From contig CCZZQB010000001.1 in NCBI GenBank assembly GCA_973895155.1, forward strand, positions 1 through 59,625: a DNA stretch of 59,625 nt. The letters are read 5' to 3'. The translations under genes were made by a program, and so were the position numbers. Below are positions 50,808-59,625 of this stretch, piece by piece (position 1 is the stretch's first letter; each line of letters starts with the position of its first letter). The notes beneath the pieces were generated by a model. It did no database searches. It was given only the letters and a program-made list of their open reading frames with translations, and was not told the DNA's origin. This DNA comes from Marsupella aquatica. Taxonomy: Eukaryota; Plantae; Marchantiophyta.

Positions 50808-53319
50808 ATGCACGCACCCCCAAAACTGGGGGCCACCCTCACCCTCAACCCCCATGGAACCCCTCCCCCACCCTCACCCCCAGCTCGTTACACCCCCAAT
50901 GCTACATTAGGGTTGCACACGCCCCCATGTGCACGCACCCCCAAAACTGGGGGCCACCCTCACCCTCAACCCCCATGGAACCCCTCCCCCTCCCTCACCC
51001 CCAGCTCGTTACACCCCCAATGCTCAATTAGGGTTGCACACGCCCCCATGTGCACGCACCCCCAAAACTGGGGGCCATCCTCACCCTCAACCCCCATGGA
51101 ACCCCTCCCCCACCCTCACCCCCAGCTCGTTACACCCCCAATGCTACAGTAGGGTTGAACAGGCCCCCATGTGCACGCACCCCCAAAACTGGGGGCCATC
51201 CTCACCCTCAACCCCCATGGAACCCCTCCCCCACCCTCACCCCCAGCTCGTTACACCCCCAATGCTACAGTAGGGTTGCACAGGCCCCCATGTGCACGCA
51301 CCCCCAAAACTGGGGGCCATCCTCACCCTCAACCCCCATGGAACCCCTCCCCCACCCTCACCCCCAGCTCGTTACACCCCCAATGCTCAATTAGGGTTGC
51401 ACACGCCCCCATGTGCACGCACCCCCAAAATTGGGGGCCACCCTCACCCTCAACCCCCATGGAACCCCTCCCCCACCCTCACCCCCAGCTCGTTACACCC
51501 CCAATGCTCAATTAGGGTTGCACACGCCCCCATGTGCACGCACCCCCAAAACTGGGGGCCATCCTCACCCTCAACCCCCATGGAACCCCTCCCCCACCCT
51601 CACCCCCAGCTCGTTACACCCCCAATGCTACAGTAGGGTTGCACAGGCCCCCATGTGCACGCACCCCCAAAACTGGGGGCCATCCTCACCCTCAACCCCC
51701 ATGGAACCCCTCCCCCACCCTCACCCCCAGCTCGTTACACCCCCAATGCTCAATTAGGGTTGCACAGGCCCCCATGTGCACGCACCCCCAAAACTGGGGG
51801 CCATCCTCACCCTCAACCCCCATGGAACCCCTCCCCCACCCTCACCCCCAGCTCGTTACACCCCCAATGCTACAGTAGGGTTGCACAGGCCCCCATGTGC
51901 ACGCACCCCCAAAACTGGGGGCCATCCTCACCCTCAACCCCCATGGAACCCCTCCCCCACCCTCACCCCCAGCTCGTTACACCCCCAATGCTCAATTAGG
52001 GTTGCACACGCCCCCATGTGCACGCACCCCCAAAATTGGGGGCCACCCTCACCCTCAACCCCCATGGAACCCCTCCCCCACCCTCACCCCCAGCTCGTTA
52101 CACCCCCAATGCTACAGTAGGGTTGGAGAGGCCCCCATGTGCACGCACCCCCAAAACTGGGGGCCATCCTCACCCTCAACCCCCATGGAACCCCTCCCCC
52201 ACCCTCACCCCCAGCTCGTTACACCCCCAATGCTCAATTAGGGTTGCACAGGCCCCCATGTGCACGCACCCCCAAAACTGGGGGCCATCCTCACCCTCAA
52301 CCCCCATGGAACCCCTCCCCCACCCTCACCCCCAGCTCGTTACACCCCCAATGCTACAGTAGGGTTGCACAGGCCCCCATGTGCACGCACCCCCAAAACT
52401 GGGGGCCATCCTCACCCTCAACCCCCATGGAACCCCTCCCCCACCCTCACCCCCAGCTCGTTACACCCCCAATGCTCAATTAGGGTTGCACACGCCCCCA
52501 TGTGCACGCACCCCCAAAATTGGGGGCCACCCTCACCCTCAACCCCCATGGAACCCCTCCCCCACCCTCACCCCCAGCTCGTTACACCCCCAATGCTACA
52601 GTAGGGTTGGAGAGGCCCCCATGTGCACGCACCCCCAAAACTGGGGGCCATCCTCACCCTCAACCCCCATGGAACCCCTCCCCCACCCTCACCCCCAGCT
52701 CGTTACACCCCCAATGCTCAATTAGGGTTGCACACGCCCCCATGTGCACGCACCCCCAAAACTGGGGGCCATCCTCACCCTCAACCCCCATGGAACCCCT
52801 CCCCCACCCTCACCCCCAGCTCGTTACACCCCCAATGCTCAATTAGGGTTGCACACGCCCCCATGTGCACGCACCCCCAAAATTGGGGGCCATCCTCACC
52901 CTCAACCCCCATGGAACCCCTCCCCCACCCTCACCCCCAGCTCGTTACACCCCCAATGCTACAGTAGGGTTGCACACGCCCCCATGTGCACGCACCCCCA
53001 AAACTGGGGGCCACCCTCACCCTCAACCCCCATGGAACCCCTCCCCCACCCTCACCCCCTGCTCGTTACACCCCCAATGCTACAGTAGGGTTGCACACGC
53101 CCCCATGTGCACGCACCCCCAAAACTGGGGGCCACCCTCACCCTCAACCCCCATGGAACCCCTCCCCCACCCTCACCCCCAGCTCGTTACACCCCCAATG
53201 CTCAATTAGGGTTGCACACGCCCCCATGTGCACGCACCCCCAAAACTGGGGGCCACCCTCACCCTCAACCCCCATGGAACCCCTCCCCCACCCTCACCCC
53301 CAGCTCGTTACACCCCCAA
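50808..53319. repeat. 121-bp array, unit 12 (2991 bp, no indels)
   Basis: Canonical unit minus one 11-mer. Confidence 0.95.
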
Positions 53320-53798
53320 AAGCTACAGTAGGGTGGCACTCGCCCCCTGGTACACGCACCCCGAAAATTGCGGGGTACCCCCACCCCTAGCCCCTCCAAA
53401 ATGCGCACACAACAAACTGGGGGTCAAACTCACCCCCAATATTCAATAATCATACCAGTACTTAAAAAACTGGTATGCCACATGTGAAAACTGGGGATGA
53501 CACTCTAAACCCTAAACCATAAACCCTAAACCCTAAACGCTAACCCTTTTTTTTCTTTTTGCTATACTTGTCAAAAAAACGTGCTAGGCGAGCACGTAAC
53601 GTTCCAAAACGTGCTATTTGCGCAAATCCACCAAAATGAAACGTTTTACCAATACTTTAAAAAAGTCAAAATTACATAAAAAGCCAACTACTCGTACCCC
53701 TAGTTGTGATCACCGCGTCGCGATAGGAGCGTGGACTCACTCCTAGTATGCATACATTGGGGGTGATTCACCCCCAATCTTGACCATCCTCACCCCCA
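53320..53798. repeat. Spacer copy 12
   Basis: Same sequence as spacer copy 1. Confidence 0.95.
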
Positions 53799-56700
53799 AT
53801 GCACGCACCCCCAAAACTGGGGGCCACCCTCACCCTCAACCCCCATGGAACCCCTCCCCCACCCTCACCCCCAGCTCGTTACACCCCCAATGCTACATTA
53901 GGGTTGCACACGCCCCCATGTGCACGCACCCCCAAAACTGGGGGCCACCCTCACCCTCAACCCCCATGGAACCCCTCCCCCTCCCTCACCCCCAGCTCGT
54001 TACACCCCCAATGCTCAATTAGGGTTGCACACGCCCCCATGTGCACGCACCCCCAAAACTGGGGGCCATCCTCACCCTCAACCCCCATGGAACCCCTCCC
54101 CCACCCTCACCCCCAGCTCGTTACACCCCCAATGCTACAGTAGGGTTGAACAGGCCCCCATGTGCACGCACCCCCAAAACTGGGGGCCATCCTCACCCTC
54201 AACCCCCATGGAACCCCTCCCCCACCCTCACCCCCAGCTCGTTACACCCCCAATGCTACAGTAGGGTTGCACAGGCCCCCATGTGCACGCACCCCCAAAA
54301 CTGGGGGCCATCCTCACCCTCAACCCCCATGGAACCCCTCCCCCACCCTCACCCCCAGCTCGTTACACCCCCAATGCTCAATTAGGGTTGCACACGCCCC
54401 CATGTGCACGCACCCCCAAAATTGGGGGCCACCCTCACCCTCAACCCCCATGGAACCCCTCCCCCACCCTCACCCCCAGCTCGTTACACCCCCAATGCTC
54501 AATTAGGGTTGCACACGCCCCCATGTGCACGCACCCCCAAAACTGGGGGCCATCCTCACCCTCAACCCCCATGGAACCCCTCCCCCACCCTCACCCCCAG
54601 CTCGTTACACCCCCAATGCTACAGTAGGGTTGCACAGGCCCCCATGTGCACGCACCCCCAAAACTGGGGGCCATCCTCACCCTCAACCCCCATGGAACCC
54701 CTCCCCCACCCTCACCCCCAGCTCGTTACACCCCCAATGCTCAATTAGGGTTGCACAGGCCCCCATGTGCACGCACCCCCAAAACTGGGGGCCATCCTCA
54801 CCCTCAACCCCCATGGAACCCCTCCCCCACCCTCACCCCCAGCTCGTTACACCCCCAATGCTACAGTAGGGTTGCACAGGCCCCCATGTGCACGCACCCC
54901 CAAAACTGGGGGCCATCCTCACCCTCAACCCCCATGGAACCCCTCCCCCACCCTCACCCCCAGCTCGTTACACCCCCAATGCTCAATTAGGGTTGCACAC
55001 GCCCCCATGTGCACGCACCCCCAAAATTGGGGGCCACCCTCACCCTCAACCCCCATGGAACCCCTCCCCCACCCTCACCCCCAGCTCGTTACACCCCCAA
55101 TGCTACAGTAGGGTTGGAGAGGCCCCCATGTGCACGCACCCCCAAAACTGGGGGCCATCCTCACCCTCAACCCCCATGGAACCCCTCCCCCACCCTCACC
55201 CCCAGCTCGTTACACCCCCAATGCTACATTAGGGTTGCACACGCCCCCATGTGCACGCACCCCCAAAACTGGGGGCCACCCTCACCCTCAACCCCCATGG
55301 AACCCCTCCCCCTCCCTCACCCCCAGCTCGTTACACCCCCAATGCTCAATTAGGGTTGCACACGCCCCCATGTGCACGCACCCCCAAAACTGGGGGCCAT
55401 CCTCACCCTCAACCCCCATGGAACCCCTCCCCCACCCTCACCCCCAGCTCGTTACACCCCCAATGCTACAGTAGGGTTGAACAGGCCCCCATGTGCACGC
55501 ACCCCCAAAACTGGGGGCCATCCTCACCCTCAACCCCCATGGAACCCCTCCCCCACCCTCACCCCCAGCTCGTTACACCCCCAATGCTACAGTAGGGTTG
55601 CACAGGCCCCCATGTGCACGCACCCCCAAAACTGGGGGCCATCCTCACCCTCAACCCCCATGGAACCCCTCCCCCACCCTCACCCCCAGCTCGTTACACC
55701 CCCAATGCTCAATTAGGGTTGCACACGCCCCCATGTGCACGCACCCCCAAAATTGGGGGCCACCCTCACCCTCAACCCCCATGGAACCCCTCCCCCACCC
55801 TCACCCCCAGCTCGTTACACCCCCAATGCTCAATTAGGGTTGCACACGCCCCCATGTGCACGCACCCCCAAAACTGGGGGCCATCCTCACCCTCAACCCC
55901 CATGGAACCCCTCCCCCACCCTCACCCCCAGCTCGTTACACCCCCAATGCTACAGTAGGGTTGCACAGGCCCCCATGTGCACGCACCCCCAAAACTGGGG
56001 GCCATCCTCACCCTCAACCCCCATGGAACCCCTCCCCCACCCTCACCCCCAGCTCGTTACACCCCCAATGCTCAATTAGGGTTGCACACGCCCCCATGTG
56101 CACGCACCCCCAAAATTGGGGGCCACCCTCACCCTCAACCCCCATGGAACCCCTCCCCCACCCTCACCCCCAGCTCGTTACACCCCCAATGCTACAGTAG
56201 GGTTGGAGAGGCCCCCATGTGCACGCACCCCCAAAACTGGGGGCCATCCTCACCCTCAACCCCCATGGAACCCCTCCCCCACCCTCACCCCCAGCTCGTT
56301 ACACCCCCAATGCTCAATTAGGGTTGCACACGCCCCCATGTGCACGCACCCCCAAAACTGGGGGCCATCCTCACCCTCAACCCCCATGGAACCCCTCCCC
56401 CACCCTCACCCCCAGCTCGTTACACCCCCAATGCTCAATTAGGGTTGCACACGCCCCCATGTGCACGCACCCCCAAAATTGGGGGCCATCCTCACCCTCA
56501 ACCCCCATGGAACCCCTCCCCCACCCTCACCCCCAGCTCGTTACACCCCCAATGCTACAGTAGGGTTGCACACGCCCCCATGTGCACGCACCCCCAAAAC
56601 TGGGGGCCACCCTCACCCTCAACCCCCATGGAACCCCTCCCCCACCCTCACCCCCTGCTCGTTACACCCCCAATGCTACAGTAGGGTTGCACACGCCCCC

Positions 56701-56915
56701 ATGTGCACGCACCCCCAAAACTGGGGGCCACCCTCACCCTCAACCCCCATGGAACCCCTCCCCCACCCTCACCCCCAGCTCGTTACACCCCCAATGCTCA
56801 ATTAGGGTTGCACACGCCCCCATGTGCACGCACCCCCAAAACTGGGGGCCACCCTCACCCTCAACCCCCATGGAACCCCTCCCCCACCCTCACCCCCAGC
56901 TCGTTACACCCCCAA
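53799..56915. repeat. 121-bp array, unit 13 (3596-bp type, same order as unit 1)
   Basis: Variant order is identical to 119-3235. Confidence 0.95.
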
Positions 56916-57394
56916 AAGCTACAGTAGGGTGGCACTCGCCCCCTGGTACACGCACCCCGAAAATTGCGGGGTACCCCCACCCCTAGCCCCTCCAAAATGC
57001 GCACACAACAAACTGGGGGTCAAACTCACCCCCAATATTCAATAATCATACCAGTACTTAAAAAACTGGTATGCCACATGTGAAAACTGGGGATGACACT
57101 CTAAACCCTAAACCATAAACCCTAAACCCTAAACGCTAACCCTTTTTTTTCTTTTTGCTATACTTGTCAAAAAAACGTGCTAGGCGAGCACGTAACGTTC
57201 CAAAACGTGCTATTTGCGCAAATCCACCAAAATGAAACGTTTTACCAATACTTTAAAAAAGTCAAAATTACATAAAAAGCCAACTACTCGTACCCCTAGT
57301 TGTGATCACCGCGTCGCGATAGGAGCGTGGACTCACTCCTAGTATGCATACATTGGGGGTGATTCACCCCCAATCTTGACCATCCTCACCCCCA
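56916..57394. repeat. Spacer copy 13
   Basis: Same sequence as spacer copy 1. Confidence 0.95.
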
Positions 57395-59625
57395 ATGCAC
57401 GCACCCCCAAAACTGGGGGCCACCCTCACCCTCAACCCCCATGGAACCCCTCCCCCACCCTCACCCCCAGCTCGTTACACCCCCAATGCTACATTAGGGT
57501 TGCACACGCCCCCATGTGCACGCACCCCCAAAACTGGGGGCCACCCTCACCCTCAACCCCCATGGAACCCCTCCCCCTCCCTCACCCCCAGCTCGTTACA
57601 CCCCCAATGCTCAATTAGGGTTGCACACGCCCCCATGTGCACGCACCCCCAAAACTGGGGGCCATCCTCACCCTCAACCCCCATGGAACCCCTCCCCCAC
57701 CCTCACCCCCAGCTCGTTACACCCCCAATGCTACAGTAGGGTTGAACAGGCCCCCATGTGCACGCACCCCCAAAACTGGGGGCCATCCTCACCCTCAACC
57801 CCCATGGAACCCCTCCCCCACCCTCACCCCCAGCTCGTTACACCCCCAATGCTACAGTAGGGTTGCACAGGCCCCCATGTGCACGCACCCCCAAAACTGG
57901 GGGCCATCCTCACCCTCAACCCCCATGGAACCCCTCCCCCACCCTCACCCCCAGCTCGTTACACCCCCAATGCTCAATTAGGGTTGCACACGCCCCCATG
58001 TGCACGCACCCCCAAAATTGGGGGCCACCCTCACCCTCAACCCCCATGGAACCCCTCCCCCACCCTCACCCCCAGCTCGTTACACCCCCAATGCTCAATT
58101 AGGGTTGCACACGCCCCCATGTGCACGCACCCCCAAAACTGGGGGCCATCCTCACCCTCAACCCCCATGGAACCCCTCCCCCACCCTCACCCCCAGCTCG
58201 TTACACCCCCAATGCTACAGTAGGGTTGCACAGGCCCCCATGTGCACGCACCCCCAAAACTGGGGGCCATCCTCACCCTCAACCCCCATGGAACCCCTCC
58301 CCCACCCTCACCCCCAGCTCGTTACACCCCCAATGCTCAATTAGGGTTGCACAGGCCCCCATGTGCACGCACCCCCAAAACTGGGGGCCATCCTCACCCT
58401 CAACCCCCATGGAACCCCTCCCCCACCCTCACCCCCAGCTCGTTACACCCCCAATGCTACAGTAGGGTTGCACAGGCCCCCATGTGCACGCACCCCCAAA
58501 ACTGGGGGCCATCCTCACCCTCAACCCCCATGGAACCCCTCCCCCACCCTCACCCCCAGCTCGTTACACCCCCAATGCTCAATTAGGGTTGCACACGCCC
58601 CCATGTGCACGCACCCCCAAAATTGGGGGCCACCCTCACCCTCAACCCCCATGGAACCCCTCCCCCACCCTCACCCCCAGCTCGTTACACCCCCAATGCT
58701 ACAGTAGGGTTGGAGAGGCCCCCATGTGCACGCACCCCCAAAACTGGGGGCCATCCTCACCCTCAACCCCCATGGAACCCCTCCCCCACCCTCACCCCCA
58801 GCTCGTTACACCCCCAATGCTACATTAGGGTTGCACACGCCCCCATGTGCACGCACCCCCAAAACTGGGGGCCACCCTCACCCTCAACCCCCATGGAACC
58901 CCTCCCCCTCCCTCACCCCCAGCTCGTTACACCCCCAATGCTCAATTAGGGTTGCACACGCCCCCATGTGCACGCACCCCCAAAACTGGGGGCCATCCTC
59001 ACCCTCAACCCCCATGGAACCCCTCCCCCACCCTCACCCCCAGCTCGTTACACCCCCAATGCTACAGTAGGGTTGAACAGGCCCCCATGTGCACGCACCC
59101 CCAAAACTGGGGGCCATCCTCACCCTCAACCCCCATGGAACCCCTCCCCCACCCTCACCCCCAGCTCGTTACACCCCCAATGCTACAGTAGGGTTGCACA
59201 GGCCCCCATGTGCACGCACCCCCAAAACTGGGGGCCATCCTCACCCTCAACCCCCATGGAACCCCTCCCCCACCCTCACCCCCAGCTCGTTACACCCCCA
59301 ATGCTCAATTAGGGTTGCACACGCCCCCATGTGCACGCACCCCCAAAATTGGGGGCCACCCTCACCCTCAACCCCCATGGAACCCCTCCCCCACCCTCAC
59401 CCCCAGCTCGTTACACCCCCAATGCTCAATTAGGGTTGCACACGCCCCCATGTGCACGCACCCCCAAAACTGGGGGCCATCCTCACCCTCAACCCCCATG
59501 GAACCCCTCCCCCACCCTCACCCCCAGCTCGTTACACCCCCAATGCTACAGTAGGGTTGCACAGGCCCCCATGTGCACGCACCCCCAAAACTGGGGGCCA
59601 TCCTCACCCTCAACCCCCATGGAAC
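57395..59625. repeat. 121-bp array, unit 14 (truncated by the window end)
   Basis: k' + 11-mer + a b c d e c, ending inside the next monomer. Confidence 0.95.

Larger units (their letters stand above)
1..59625. repeat. Nested tandem-repeat macro-array (121-bp monomer / 11-mer and 4-mer higher-order repeats / spacer-delimited 2.5-8.2 kb macro-units)
   Basis: The 121-bp periodicity is visible throughout, and ORF-track starts step by 121. The spacer-linked MTILTPN ORF recurs at 100, 3696, 9349, 13671, 17993, 20500, 24822, 31080, 35402, 43596, 47798, 50789, 53780 and 57376. No unique sequence occurs anywhere in the window. Confidence 0.99.

Noticed and set aside
119-59554. Hundreds of 114-aa Pro/His/Thr-rich ORFs (MHAPPKLG...), superficially extensin- or mucin-like
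   Set aside because: 121 = 3x40+1, so the frame shifts at each monomer and meets the TAG of TAGGG once every three monomers. This produces overlapping ORFs in all three frames. Most start at GTG, the composition simply reflects C-richness, and no domain is recognisable.
1-59625. CRISPR array
   Set aside because: There are no unique spacers between repeats, the 121-bp period is almost wholly invariant with only a few recurring variants, and no cas genes are present.

Overview
The window is non-coding nested tandem repeat from end to end. I find no credible gene, RNA gene, transposase or CRISPR array. Level 1 is a 121-bp monomer that is C-rich on + (type d: 59 C, 26 A, 18 G, 18 T): ATGTGCACGCACCCCCAAAA[C/T]TGGGGGCCA[T/C]CCTCACCCTCAACCCCCATGGAACCCCTCCCCC[A/T]CCCTCACCCCC[A/T]GCTCGTTACACCCCCAATGCT[CAAT/ACAG/ACAT]TAGGGTTG[CACAC/CACAG/AACAG/GAGAG]GCCCCC. 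Level 2 is an ordered series of about 13 monomer variants, forming an 11-mer (1331 bp: a b c d e c g c d j k), a 4-mer (484 bp: g c d j) and a fixed tail (d d l m n o). Level 3 is a set of macro-units of 2.5-8.2 kb, each closed by a ~480-bp spacer that looks identical in all 13 full copies and 1 partial copy. The spacer contains degenerate edge monomers, five AAACCCT-type telomere-like heptamers next to a T-tract, a ~67% AT core, and a ~95-bp chain of back-to-back palindromes and hairpins. Unit lengths are 3596, 5653, 4322, 4322, 2507, 4322, 6258, 4322, 8194, 4202, 2991, 2991 and 3596 bp; all equal 121n+87 except one with a net +1 indel. Most can be derived from one another by single out-of-register exchanges. 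The repeated 114-aa Pro-rich ORFs are an arithmetic artefact of the 121-bp period. I cannot identify the organism or the repeat family. The leading hypotheses are a eukaryotic subtelomeric-type satellite with higher-order structure, or a concatemer of a small non-coding replicon (an origin-like spacer plus a G4-forming array). Variant code (site21, site31, site99-102, site111-115): a=C,C,CAAT,CACAC plus T65; b=C,T,ACAG,AACAG; c=C,T,ACAG,CACAG; d=C,T,CAAT,CACAC; e=T,C,CAAT,CACAC; g=C,T,CAAT,CACAG; j=T,C,ACAG,GAGAG; k=C,T,ACAT,CACAC; k'=C,C,ACAT,CACAC (5'-truncated head); l=T,T,ACAG,CACAC; m=C,C,ACAG,CACAC plus T77; n=C,C,CAAT,CACAC; o=C,C then runs into the spacer.
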